Positions 51,614 to 64,000 of a stretch of 64,000 bases of DNA are shown piece by piece (the first letter of the stretch is position 1; each line of letters starts with the position of its first letter). A program made the position numbers and the translations under genes. The notes beneath the pieces were generated by a model. The model was not told where the DNA came from, searched no databases, and saw only the letters and a list, made by a program, of their open reading frames with translations. Source of the DNA: Malacoraja senta (lineage: Eukaryota); assembly GCA_038087875.1 (NCBI GenBank), contig CM075980.1, forward strand, positions 74,958,001 through 75,022,000, read 5' to 3'.

Positions 51614-52202
51614 ATAAGCATTTTTATCCTTTAAAAAGTAATTCTATATTCTTCATTTTCTTTAATTATGTACTTTTTAAAGTTGTTTTATTGCTTTTTT
51701 ATAGTTTTGAATGTTCCTGGATGATTTTAAATCTTTTCTAATGTCAAGGCCATTCATAGTTTGCTAGCCTGACACTTGGCTTGTTCTGCTATTCAAGCAG
51801 CATGACATGAAACTGTATAAAACCTTTCTGCAGCAATAGCCCTTGCCATTTAGTATGGGGTCTGAAGTTCTCAATCTTCTACTACACTCCCTACGCACTC
51901 TTGACTATGCAGCCCAAATTTGCTCTAACTCCATCTACTAGTTTGCAGACATCACCACTGTGGTGGGCCGAATCATGAAAAAAGATTAGATAGAATACAC
52001 GAAGGAGATGGAGGAAACATAGAAACATGGAAACATAGAAAATAGGTGCAGGAGTAGGCCATTCGGCCCTTCGAGCCAGCACCGCCATTCAATATGATCA
52101 AGGCTGATCATCCAAAATCAGTACCCCATTCCTGCTTTCTCCCCATTTCCCACAATTAGCCCGATGAGCCATATCTAACTCCCTCTTGAATACATCCAGT
52201 GC

Positions 52203-53660
52203 CTACTTAGTAACATGGTGTCAGGACAATAACCTCTCTCAATGTCAGCAAGACAAAGGAGCTAGTTATCGACTTCTAGAAACATGGTGGACTACATGCC
52301 CCAATCAGCATCAAAGTTGCTGAAGTAGCAATGGTTGACATCTTAAAGTTCGTTGGCGTTAATACGGTAAACCTTCTTTTTTACCAACCCCTTTCCAACG
52401 GCCGCTTCCAGCCCCGGCTTCCAGTGGCACCCTCGGCTTGCAAGGTGCACCAGCGGACCCTCCTTCACCCACCACACAGTCCACTCCATTTGAGGAGGCC
52501 TCTTTTTCTCCCCTCACTCTTCTAGCGTGGCCTCCTCCTCCCCCCTCCCTGAATCACTGACATATACCACCTTGGAAGATGTCAGCGACTGCGGGGGAGA
52601 TAGAGGTGAAGGAGGCAACGGTGGAAGAGGGAATATGGAGTGGACAAAGCAATGGGAGAAAGAGGAGGCGACAACATGAGCTGGAACAACAGCCGCTGGT
52701 GAAGAAGGGCTCGCTGGTGCAGACCAGTCGCATCGGAGCCTAGTTTTAAGGTGGTGGGTGAAGGAAGAACACAAAGTGCTGGAGTAACTCAGCAGCCTGA
52801 ATCAGGGTAAAGAGGGTCACAATGTCACCTATTCGTGGTCTCTAGAGATGCAGCCTGACATAGTCATAGTCATAGATTCATACAGCGTATACGCCCTCCA
52901 GCCCAACTTGCCCACACCGACCAACATCTCCCATCTACACTAGTCCTACCAGCCTGCGTTTGGCCCATATCCCTCCAAACCTATCCATGTACCTTGTGAG
53001 TTACTCCAGCACTTTGTGTCCTTTTGTGTATTAAAGTTCATCTTGTCCGTTATAATGAGGTTTACTGTATTATCAATGATCTCTCGTGGACCAACCATAT
53101 TAATGCAACAGCTATGAAGGCACACCGATCCCTCTACTTCCTGAGGAGACTGAGGAAAGTTAGCATATGACTCTTACAAAGTTCAACAGATGCATCATAG
53201 AAAGCATATTGTCGGGTTCCATTACAGCTTGGTTTGGGAACAGCTCTGTTGATGTAGCACAGTCCATCACAGAGACCAGACTCCATCTACACTTCAGACT
53301 GCCTTGGAAAAGAGGCCAACATAATCAAAGATTGTCCCACCCCAATCATTCCTCCTTCTCCCTTGAAAGTGTGCACCACCAGACTTGGGAACTGCTTCCT
53401 CCCCTCTGTTATCAGGCTCCTGAACAGTCCCAATAAGCTATGATACATCCAACTCACCTTTCCCACATTGTAGACATTAGACTTTGTCCATGGAACTGAT
53501 GCGCTACGATGCTGAGAACTATATTCTGCATTCTGTATCTTCCGCTTTGCTCTATCTATTGTACTTTAGTTTAACTTGCGTGTATTAATGTATGGGACAT
53601 CTGATCTGTTTGGATATCATGCAACAACGCTTTTCAGTGTACAAGTGACAATAGTAAACC
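52203..53660 (+). mobile_element. Rex1/Babar-type LINE 3' part, interrupted by other insertions (about 52366-53060)
   Basis: WCQDNNL..NVSKTKELVIDF; LSWTNHI...LYFLRRLRK; RCIIESILSGSITAWFGN. Confidence 0.75.
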
Positions 53661-54504
53661 TACAAGCATGTTAACTTGAGAGAGATCATCGGCAGGTGTC
53701 AGCATCATGTAATGTCTCAAGATACAATTATCATTTTGAAGGTTTAATAAATTATTATATCGATCAATTTCAAAGTTTCTGCTGAGCAAAGTTTGCTATT
53801 CAAACAGCATGTGTTTGCACTTTGTAATACAATATTGAAATTATCTCCATGATGAAATTCTCGGAAGAATCGACAACAATTAGGAGAGGTAGTTGCTTAG
53901 TGCAATTTCCTCCTTCATTAAAAATATAAATTGATTATTTACCTTTTTTGGTGTTCCTGTCTACTGCAAATATCAAACAAATGATGTGAATCTCATTTTT
54001 TCCATTTGTAAAACCCCTGCGATTGTTCATTGTGGTTTATGTGCATTGCTGAGAGAGTTGGCACACCAAAGGGAAATTGACTATTTAGCCTTGTGCTCCC
54101 TTTCTTAAATTCCTTTCACTAACTAAATAACGTATTAAAATGCGCTTTGCCACACCTATGAGAATAATTGCATGAAAAAAAGGTAAAGGAGAAGAGTTAT
54201 GAGTTTTTAATTAATTTCTGTTGACATTCACGGCCTACATTATTTATGGAATCAGTCATTTGAATGAATCTTCAATGAGATGGAATTATTAATTATCAAT
54301 CCAAAGGCAAAATATGACAGATGCTTAAAAATCTGAAATAAAAGCAGAAAGTTCTGGGAACGTGTAGCTGGTTAGACAACAATTGTGGAGAGTGAAACAG
54401 GATTAATGTTTCAAGTCATTAACTGATTGTTGGTAAGGTTTAGTTGCGAAATCAATCGGTTTAGTAAAGATTAGACTATAATGATAGTCTGTTTTATTTT
54501 TCAG

Positions 54505-54675
54505 AGATACAACGCATCCAACAGAACAGCAGAGCATCCCAAGGACTTAACGGAGACCTTTACTTTTCAAATGTGCAGTTAACTGACAGTCGGGATGACT
54601 ACATTTGTTTTGCCCATTTTTCCAGAACGAGAACAATTGCCCAGAAAGAGCCGATCAGCCTGATTGTTACAGCCT
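54505..54675 (+). CDS. L1CAM/CHL1-like exon, Ig2 second half: (K)IQRIQQNSRASQGLNGDLYFSNVQLTDSRDDYICFAHFSRTRTIAQKEPISLIVTA
   Basis: Acceptor tttttcag| and donor |gtaagt. 171 nt, phase 1-1. L1-family GDLYFSNV and DYIC..RTI.QKEPI motifs. The gene continues beyond the window. Confidence 0.95.
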
Positions 54676-55976
54676 GTAAGTTTCACTTCTTCTGGTAACT
54701 GGAAAAAAACAAGTAGCTATATATAGTGGTAACATCTCAATGGATATGGCTGTGGAGAAATACATTGGGAACAAAAACAATGTAAGTGAATGGTAGTAGT
54801 TGGGTCAATTTAGTGGAATAAAGATGAGGAATGTTAATTTACATCATTTTAATTTGCTTTTTGGGCGCTTGGTTGTTGCTGACATCTTGTGGAACTGTTG
54901 AAGGATCCATCATGAGTGCTTTACCTTTCTCTCAGCTGCTCCTTTCTTCAGATGCACTGGTCATTATATTCAACCCTTCCTTCCTTCTGACCAGCTCTGT
55001 GTAAAATACCTACTCCTGGTGGAGTAACTTTGGTGTTTCTGGGTTGCATTTCACTTGATGAGAGTCCATGTCAACTTTTGCCTGAAGTAGGAAGAAACAA
55101 TTCTTAAAATCACCTGGACTAGGACCTCGGGTCCCTATACCAGCAATTCCAGGTTGTTCTCTCCAGACGTGAGAGAAAGAAACACAAGCCCATAACGTGT
55201 GTAAATATAACTTCTCTGCTAAAAGTCCCAATATTAATCCATGTGTATAGTTTGAACTTTTTGTGCAACCCACAGTCCAGAATGTATCGCGCAGTATCTT
55301 AGACTTGACGATTTAGTTATTTGCCATTCGGGCAACCTTCACAAACTGAAGATCTTGTCCTATCTTGGATAGATTCAGAGAATTAAATGATTATTTATTG
55401 CTATCACATCATGATGATTATTACTTTCAACCGTGCAATACTTAAGTAGAATCCCTGGAATTGAAGAATGACGTTGTTTTGCTTCTCTCATATAGTTTTC
55501 CAAGATCCTGTCATTTTATTCTCAATCAAGCTCTTTGGTTTCAGGAGAGATATTTGCAGAACTTTTTTGAATGTCATTGGCTCCCTTGTGGATGGTTTCA
55601 TGTGTGCAAAATCAATTGGGCGGGCATGGCTGTAATTCTAGTACACAAGTCTAAATGAATCTCATAAGATTTTATGTTTTGAAGTGAATATGAAAACATT
55701 GGTGCCTCATGCCTTTTATGAAACATCATGTTATTCATCCAAAAATTCCATTGTGACCTATATTGCTAGAAAACTGCATTCAATAGATCCTCCCAGCTCC
55801 AAAAAAAAATTACCCTCTCATTGCAATATAACTTTCTGTATGAGCCTGCTGCAGTTTGGCCAACAATCTTTGCATCCTACCAAGAATACTAAAGAGTCTT
55901 GTTATTTATAAAACAATGCACCTAACTTTGTCCAAGAATGATTCATGCTTGCATTTGAGCATGTACCGTCATCCAT

Positions 55977-56093
55977 CAGAGGAAAGTGAAAGCATTACAG
56001 GAGCTTGTAAGCCGGATCGATGAGCAAGTACACAAACACTTGCACCAAGCAGAAGTTGAATACCTGCAATTTGCTTTTCGATGGATGAATAAT
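55977..56093 (+). pseudogene. TBC1D22: Intronless 39-codon fragment of a TBC1D22-family Rab-GAP mRNA (QRKVKALQELVSRIDEQVHKHLHQAEVEYLQFAFRWMNN) inside an intron
   Basis: Manual translation matches the TBC1D22A/B TBC-domain segment KVK.LEELVSRIDEQVH...EV.YLQFAFRWMNN as I recall it. No start codon, no donor at the 3' end, unrelated flanks. Paralogue (A or B) not determined. Confidence 0.85.
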
Positions 56094-56816
56094 GCTTTCC
56101 CACAAATCACAATTGCAACGTGTCCAGCCTTGCATTTGGAATATTGTGACATGTATCAATAGAATTATGAGTAATAAAACCCTCTTTGTTCCTTCATACT
56201 TTATTACTGCTCCAGGGACGCCGGGATAGTATTAACTGGCCTGATTCTTGCCTAGCTTTTCCCTCCAATTTCCTATTCATTTGATATCTGAACCAGATAC
56301 ACAAGTTCATTGCCCACTATTACAGATGTGGAGTTTAAAATCAAATGATCACATAGATCTGGAATTGAAATAGGAAGCTGTCTCAGCAGCAGTATCCATA
56401 AAATGATTGGATTGCAGCTGAAATTTCATTGGGTTCATTCATGTTTTTCGGGGTAGGGGATCTGCTATCCTTGCCCAGTCTGGCCTTCATGGACTCAACA
56501 GCCAACAGTATAGCTCATTTTTAACAACCTCCTCAGTGCAGTGGACAGTGAACTGGCATTGCTACCAACATCATCCACCTGTCTACAAAGAAATAAAAAG
56601 AACGCCTAATGGTAACCCTGCCTTAAATCTTGTGCAGGGAATTATTGGAGAATAACAGCTTTGCTCTAAGTAAATCGAAGTTCACTAATTTTTTTTATCT
56701 GATCCAACCACTTGTTTGGGCCTCCTTTTAGATCACCATATCCTGTCCCACTTTGGAAGATTTGACTGGAGGTTTTCTGTAACTTCAATATTTCTCCTAT
56801 TTCTCAGCCGTAAGGG

Positions 56817-57092
56817 TCAGTGGCACGGTGGTAGAGTTGCTGCCTTACCACACCAGAGACATGGGTTCAATCCTAACTATAGGTGCTGTCTGGAGGGAGT
56901 TGATTTTCTTTGGGTGCTCCAGTTTCCTCCCACACTACAAAGACGTACAGGTTTGTAGGTTAATTGGCTTCGGTAAAATTGTAGATTGTTCCGAGTGTGT
57001 AGGATAATGTTAGTGAATGGGTTGATCGCTGGTCGGCATGGACTCGGTGGGCCGAAGGACCTGTTTCCATGCTGTATCTCTAAAGTCTAAAC
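56817..57092 (+). mobile_element. HE1/V-SINE-type SINE
   Basis: Head, partial V-domain and tail. Confidence 0.8.
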
Positions 57093-58510
57093 TCCAAAGT
57101 GAACATGGTGGAGCAGTAAATTAAGTTCTGTCACTTCCACCTGATTGTGAAGTTTTGGATCGGTTCGTGCAAAGGGTGTGGCAATGATTGAATAACATTT
57201 AGTTTTCTGCCATTTCAGGCCCTTTGCATGAGAGCATGTGTTCGCCTCTGGGCTTTTATGTTCATAATTGTTGTTAGTGTTGAAAAGGCAAGTTGAGAGA
57301 GGTTAGCTGCTGCAGGAATTTGCAGAAAACCTGCATTTGGATTCTAAGTTGCTGACTGGAGAAGTGAATGAGGGTGGGGTGGGGTGGGGGGAGAGAAGAA
57401 ATCTGGGTGCTCAGCCAAAACATTAGGGCAGTTGGAAGACTTGAATTAACTTGAGTGTTTGTTACTTTTAATCCAGCTACTGAAATATAATATCAGATCC
57501 AGCATCCACTAAAACGGGGAGTGGAGTCTTGCAATAGATGAACTCTATTCTGCTTATTTCACCTTGCTTTCCATTAATAATAATGCACCAATTTTCTTTC
57601 CATACTTTAGGGTGTTAGTAACTCATACAACAACTCAATGTGTTGCAAGTCTTGTCCTTTGAGCTGCTGGTAGCTGTCAGGGGCTGTGAGGGATATTCCT
57701 TCCTAAAAACAAAAAGGAGCACCTTGTAAAACAAAGAGAGCGTGTGATCAGCAGAAAGAAGGATTTGGCAAGCAAGGGGGTTTAATGGCAAAAGAGATTG
57801 ATGACCCAACAGGATGGGATGACAAATGTATTGATTGGCATGTTGACCTACATCATGATAAGTGTATTACTCCGACTGCTTCATGCCTTCTCATGCTTAA
57901 TCCGTCATATTATTCATCACTCCATCTTAATTTGATGCAATATCCCCTTCTCTGGGCTCCAATCTTCTTGCAGGACAAGAAAGCACGGAATATGAGAGAT
58001 AAAGAACCACACACATAATTGGTTCTGGCTTTCTCGCCATCGGTTACCTAATGACCGCAGAGAGGAAGACAGTTATCCTCAATGGAGCCTCGTCTCAGTT
58101 GGCCATTGGAGCTTCCTTATGCTAACTTGATGTCACATTTTCTATCTCCTTGATTTGCCTCTGTATCCTCACCTGACTTTAATTGAAGAGTTCCCAGAAT
58201 CTTGGCAAATTAATAGATTCATAATTTGTGAAATCCTTATCATTTTTGCCATAATTTGCTGATTACCAATGACAATGCAGTCCACATCTCAAATTGCACC
58301 TTAAAGATGAAGTCAGTGGATTAGAGCCATTTTCCTAATGACTGCCAATATCCTTGGCTTTAATCCCCCTTACTTCTGAAGAAAATGAACTTGCAGTTAT
58401 GAGTGAACATGATCACACTGATTACAACAGAGCTGCTGGCCAGCTGGATGTGCCTTCCAGACATTCACAACTCTGCAGCACCCAAATACGGTGTGCACTT
58501 ACATATTAAT

Positions 58511-58785
58511 TTGGAGATGCAGCATAGAAACAGTCCCTTCAGCCCACCCAGTCCAAGCTATTAATCGATCACCCATTCATGCTAGTTCTATGTTGTCCTA
58601 CTTTCTCATCCACACCCAACACATTTGGGGCAATTTAATGTGGGCAATTCATCTGCAATCTCACACATCTATAAAATGGTGGGGGGGGTGGAATGGAGCA
58701 CCCGAGGGAAACCCACACGGTCACAGGGAGAATGTGCAAACTCCACACAGACAACATTAAGGGTCAGCATCCAACCTTGGTCTCT
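58511..58785 (-). mobile_element. Decayed HE1/V-SINE-type SINE
   Basis: ggagcacccgagggaaacccacacggtcacagggagaatgtgcaaactcc (V-domain, reverse strand). Confidence 0.7.
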
Positions 58786-58799
58786 GTTTAGTTTTTTGT

Positions 58800-59342
58800 T
58801 TAGTTAATTTCACGTGTACCGAGGTACAGTGAGAAGCTCGTTGTTGCGTGTTGTCCAGTTTGCGGAAAGACTATACATGATTACAATCGAGCAATCTATA
58901 GTGTCCAGATACAGGATAGAGGAAATAACATATTGTGCAGTTAAGTCTGATTAAGGGTAGTCTGAGGGTCTCCAATGAGGTAGAAGGTAGTTCAGGACTG
59001 CCCTCCAGTTGTTCGAACGACAGCTGGGAAGAAACTGTCCCTGAATCTGGTGGTGTGCGTTTTCACACTTCTGTACCTCTTCCCTGATGGGAGAGGGGAG
59101 AAGAGGGAGTGACCGGGGTGAAAAACATCCTTGATTATGCTGGTGGCCTTGTCGAGGCAGCGTGAAATGTAGATGGAGTTAATGAAAGGGAAGTTGGTTT
59201 GTGTGATGGTCTGGGCTGGCGTCCACTATTCTCTGCAATTTCTTGCATTCTTCGATGAAGCTGGTCCCAAACGTTGCTGTGATGCATCCCGATAAAATGC
59301 TTTCAACGCCGCATCTGTAGAAGTTGGTGAGAGTTGTGAACA
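58800..59342 (-). mobile_element. Rex1/Babar-type LINE 3' fragment
   Basis: LTNFYRCGVESILSGCITATFG. Confidence 0.75.
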
Positions 59343-60984
59343 GGAGCTCCACTGGCTGATCCGCCATGCAGAGTTGAACTAGATCCCAGATGTACTTCAT
59401 TGCTTGTCCCTCAGCTCAATGCCAACAATGGCTGGCATATCTGCTGGGGCTATTACATCTATTAATTTAAACAGGTGGCCCAGTTGTATTTTAAAAGGTA
59501 GGTTTAGCTAAGATTTCTTTTGTTGTTAATTGTATATTTATACTTAAAAAAGTAAGTTATTTTTTTTTAAAAGGTTGTTTTATTATTATCTATCTTAATT
59601 TCAGCAGTGTTAAGCATCCTTGATTATGAGATATTTTAAAACTGAGGAACAGGCCTTGTTTAACAAACTGTCAAAGGTTAGTGCTGGGGGATTAGATTGA
59701 ACACACAAGAGGCTTGGTCACCGCATGCAGCCTGATCCACATGTGAAATCCTTGTAAAATAGAGCTCTCAAGGTTGTTGGTGTGCAAGTACCGATAAAGA
59801 GTAGGTGTGACTGGAGGGCAAGTCTGAAGTGCAAGCCCGAGTTGTGTGTTTGGAGCATATTCCTGCCCAATGTTTTTTGTGATATCCAATGATTTATCCA
59901 TCTTTCTTTCTGCTGTGGACTGTTCAGACGAGGGTCAGCATGCATTGGGAGTTCTTGCTTTTTTTGTGTGAAGAAAAATAAACAGGAAATATTGCACAAT
60001 GGGACACATGAAAGCCAGCTGCCAGTCACCACACCGACATATCCAAGTAACTTCACACAACTTTGCATTTGTCCAAAGTGCATTGCGTCCAGAAACCTTG
60101 TTTTATAAATGAAAGCATCGCCATGTTATATTGGCCTGACTAAAACGCAGAAGTTGATAAAATACACAGTATCCTTTTGTTAAAAAGAACTGTTTAAACA
60201 ACAGATGAAAATATTTTTAGATGAACGACAGAATTTGTAACAGTGTAAAAAGCCAGTTATTATGGTATTAATCAATTTGGCCAAAAGTGTAATGGGATCG
60301 AGCATTTATTTGCAGCAGAGACGATCCCATCATCTATGATGGATCCATTTCATGCTTGGAAATGTCATCCACAGAAAATTACTGAGCTGTGCTGAGCAAT
60401 TGGAGCTCAGACCTATAGTTACACAGGTTAGAGGAACCCCCAGAATAGATAAATTACAACCTTTTTATAATAGTGCTTTACATTCTATAGAGCATCCTTG
60501 CATATATCGTTGACATGTATGATTTCTGAATCTAGCTGGGCATTCACACCATCCTGAAGAAAAGATTACATGTAAAAATGTCTAATACTTGAAGATTTCC
60601 AGGAGTATTTGACTAAATACTCATACCCATGCCTCTGTTGTTTGACATTAGCCAGTTTATTTCTCCAGATGACATTTCCAAGCATTAAATGGATCTGTCA
60701 TGGTTATTGAATCATCTTTGCTGTCACTATAACTTTAATTATGCTACAGTTTCTTGAACTGAATTTATCAATATCAAAGTAACTGGTTTTGCACACCCAT
60801 TGCTTCATATTCAGAAGCCTGTTCAAGAAGTTATTTTTATGTTTGGAGTTTTTAATGGTTTCTTTGTCTTTCATCTAGTTCCGCGTTTATAGCTCAATTT
60901 AAGCAGCACCGGTTTGTTGAACATGCCACCTTTCTCTTAATCCTTTTTTGGCTAATGAACCTTTGAGAATCTCTTATCAAAACA

Positions 60985-61440
60985 CGCTTTACCAGGATGT
61001 TGCCAGGACCCGAGGGGCTGAGCTATAGGAGAGGTTCGGCAGGCTCAGACTTTATTCCTTGGAGTCAAGGAGGCTAAGGGGATGATCTTACAGAGGTGTA
61101 TAAAATGATGAGGTAAATAGATAGGGTGAATGCAGAGTCTTTAAACAGTGATGTAGGCAAATCAAGAATCAGAAGACATAGGTTTATGGTGAGAGGGGAA
61201 AGATTTGATAGGAACTCAAGAGGCAAATTTTTTCATGCAGAGGGTGGTAGAATATATGGAACAAGGTGGCAGAGGAGGTTGTTGAAGTGGGCACTATAAC
61301 AACCTAGAAAAGTAATTTGGACAGGTACAAGGTTTAGAGAGATATGGGCCAAATGCGGGCCGGTGGGACTAACATAGATGGGGCAACTTGGTCGGCATGG
61401 ACAAGTTGGGCTGAAGGGCCTGTTTCTGTGCTGTATGTCT
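60985..61440 (+). mobile_element. CR1 3' fragment whose tail is tandemly duplicated to about 61715
   Basis: CR1 ORF2-end similarity and 3' stem-loop gggctgaagggcctgtttc. Confidence 0.75.
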
Positions 61441-62417
61441 AAAAATATAGAGGGGGTTTAAATGTTTTGTCCTGTATTACAGCTGTGTGCTCTAGCATAT
61501 CTACCTCCAGCGGTAAGTGTATAGGAAAAGTTTCCAGGGATATGGGCCAAACGCGGGCCAGTGGGACTAATGTAGATTGGGCACCTTGGTCAACATGGAT
61601 AGATTGAGCTGATGGGCCTGTTTCCATGCTGTATGACTCTAAAAATATAGATGAGTTTTAAATACTTTGTCCTGTATTCCAGCTATATGTTGCAGTGTAT
61701 CTGCCTCCAATGGTACAATTCATGTGCTTCTGAACTGGATTGGGTGACAGTGCTGTGATGTTTAGCATTTTTGCCCAGCCAATTGTGATAAGACACCAAC
61801 CCCACTGTCGGGAATAATTCCTAATGTTTCCCTTGGATGATTGTAATGAAACAGCATATCTGTAAATTAGTTATCTTCATCCTATCAGCCTCCTGTGCTG
61901 TTCAGTTCATTTTCAGCTTGACAACACATTAACTTGGACCCTCACGGCATTCTCTTGTGAGAGAGACCATGGGACAGAGAGAGAGCTTGTGACTTAGAAT
62001 GTTAATCTCCTCCTACCATGTGAGCAGAATTGCCTCATTAATATATGAAACACATTGGTCCAAAATACGTGGGCTTTTCCATTGTGTTGGTGAGCTTATA
62101 AATGTTTCCCTTGGCAACATGAATGGAGAAACTTTGATCAATTACAGAATTGGTCTCGTTCGTACAGAAACCATTCTGATTCAAAGCATAAACAATCAGG
62201 CCAACCGTGTTAAATAATTGAAGATTTAATTAAAGCAATTGAGTGTAAATCTCTCCTGGAACTCCGAGTTCCTTTCCAGTGGCATCCAATTCCAGCTGTG
62301 TCGGTGCCCGCAAGTAACTTCAGCATATCCTTCCTTCTTAGTCCTTTCCTTTTTTTCCTGGAAGTATAATACTGCCTGTGGTTCCTGTGCTCCACAAAAG
62401 ATGCAGTTACCACACAC

Positions 62418-62726
62418 TTTAGTTTAGTTTTGAGATACAGTGTGGAAGCAGGCCTGTCGGCCCACCGAGCCAGCGCCAACCAGTGATCAACCCGCACATT
62501 AATGCTATCCTACACACACTAGGGACAATTTTACACATACCCCAAGCCAATTAACCTACATACCTGTACGTTTTTGGAGTGTGGAAGGAAACCGACGATC
62601 TCGGGGGAAAACCCCTCGCGGTCACGGGGAGAACGTACAAACTCCGTACAGACAGCACCTGTAGTCGGCATCGAACCCGGGTCGCCGGTGCTGCGAGAGC
62701 TGTAAGGCAGCAACTCTACCGCTGCT
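62418..62726 (-). mobile_element. HE1/V-SINE-type SINE (young, CpG-rich)
   Basis: Full head, V-domain and tail on the minus strand. Confidence 0.85.
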
Positions 62727-63917
62727 ACTTGAAAATCAGAGTGAAAATGGGCATTTTGAGAGATCCAAAGTGCAAAGTATATTCAGAGGGGTGAGAATTG
62801 TTTTCAAACATGGAAGAGGAAATTTTAGGAACTAACAAAGATGTGCAGAAGACAGACACAAAATGCTAGAGTAACTCCGGCAGCATCTCTGGGAGTAAGA
62901 TGCAGGACAGTACGCCACAGGAGATCCTTCTTCCCTGTGGCTATCAAACTTTACAACTCCTCCCCCTTCTGTCATGGGGAGACTGAGACGGACTCCCCCC
63001 CCCCCCCCCGGCCTCCTCAATCTTTGCACATCCCTAAAGCCTTTCCACTCGTCACTTTAATTTCATGTTTCATGTATGTTGTGTTTTTTATGACTGTTGG
63101 CATATTAATTTCCTTCCTGGGATAAATAACGTTCTATCGTATCATATCGTAAAGGAATAGGTGACATTTTGGGTTGGAACCCTTCTTCAGACCTGTTGTT
63201 CAGATGTTGGTTGGTTAACTGGCTATTGTAAATTGCCCTGAGCATGTTGGTGAGAGATATCATTTGTGGGGAATTAAAACAGTACACCACAGGAACGAGC
63301 CCTTCAGCCCACTTTTTTACATTTTACTCTTTTTTTTCTTTTTGTTTTAATTATCATAATCTCCACTTTCTCACGAGCCCTTCCATATGCTGATCTGCTT
63401 CTCTGGTTCCCACCCCTCTGCCATTCTAGTTTAAACCCTCCCAAGTAGCGCTAAACACAGAAACAAAGAAAATAGGTACAGGAGTAGTCCATTCGGCCCT
63501 TTGAGCCAGAGATGATCATGTCTTATAATCTAGAATCAGTACTCTGTGCACTGTGAATGGCTCGATTGTAATCATGTATTGTTTTTTCCGCTGGCTGGTT
63601 AGCACGCAAAACTAGCTTTTCACTGTACCTTAATACATGTGACGATAAACTAAACTAAACTATCCTCCGATGTATGTGGCACTGGTAGTAATCCAGAGAT
63701 TACCACCCTCGAGGTACTGCATTTTAACCTTTGTGCCTTTTTAAACTTTAACCTGAAAACCCTCCTATATTCACTCCGCAAGACCCCATCCCTTTTCCGA
63801 CCTTTGTCATTTGTAATTGATGGGAGTATGGGGAGAATGCAGCAGATTAGCGTGTGATTGTGCAAATGGCTATGTGATGGTCAGTACGTATTAGGTGGAC
63901 CGAGTTGACCTGATTTC

Positions 63918-63988
63918 AAAGCAGTTAGGACTGTAATAGAATAGTACATTAGAATAATCTATGATTTTATTACAGTCCTAACTGCTTT
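63918..63988. repeat. 71-nt inverted repeat (hairpin)
   Basis: 25-bp arms aaagcagttaggactgtaata(g/a)aat with one G-T pair. Confidence 0.9.
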
Positions 63989-64000
63989 CCCTGGCATTTG

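Noticed and set aside
55977-56093. TBC1D22 segment as a genuine exon of a nested gene
   Set aside because: No matching splice boundaries, ends fall mid-domain, and no other TBC1D22 exons were seen.
62640-62726. tRNA gene
   Set aside because: It is the tRNA-derived head of an HE1-type SINE and continues into the V-domain and LINE-like tail.
54676-64000. Possible next exon (Ig2-Ig3 linker or Ig3)
   Set aside because: Acceptor-like sites tested (about 59604, 60668, 60878, 61916) give early in-frame stops; no L1-like peptide found.

Overview
Eukaryotic, AT-rich, repeat-dense genomic DNA. The repeat repertoire (HE1/V-SINE-type tRNA SINEs, CR1/HER1-type LINEs, Penelope-like fragments) points to a cartilaginous fish, probably a skate or ray (inference). 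The window holds the 5' part of a + strand L1-family neural cell adhesion gene (L1CAM or CHL1, not resolved): a signal-peptide exon and four exons encoding Ig1-Ig2, all with GT-AG sites and consistent phases. The rest is intronic or upstream sequence containing a decayed Ty3/Gypsy element with its 3' LTR, a Penelope-like (GIY-YIG) element, many SINE/LINE fragments, and a nest of DNA transposons at 6.7-11.3 kb. The strongest candidates for new biology are: (1) a very abundant family of short, often palindromic, TSD-flanked Penelope-pLTR-derived insertions carrying a minimal hammerhead-ribozyme-like motif, with two copies retaining an intact core in the sense strand of the host pre-mRNA; (2) an Academ-like TIR element whose boundaries are supported by reconstruction of the CR1 zinc finger it splits, carrying a second TIR element and GC-rich cargo; (3) a 117-nt intronless TBC1D22 mRNA fragment inside an intron. 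Most ORF-track entries are spurious. Repeat boundaries are read by eye and are approximate unless a TSD is given.
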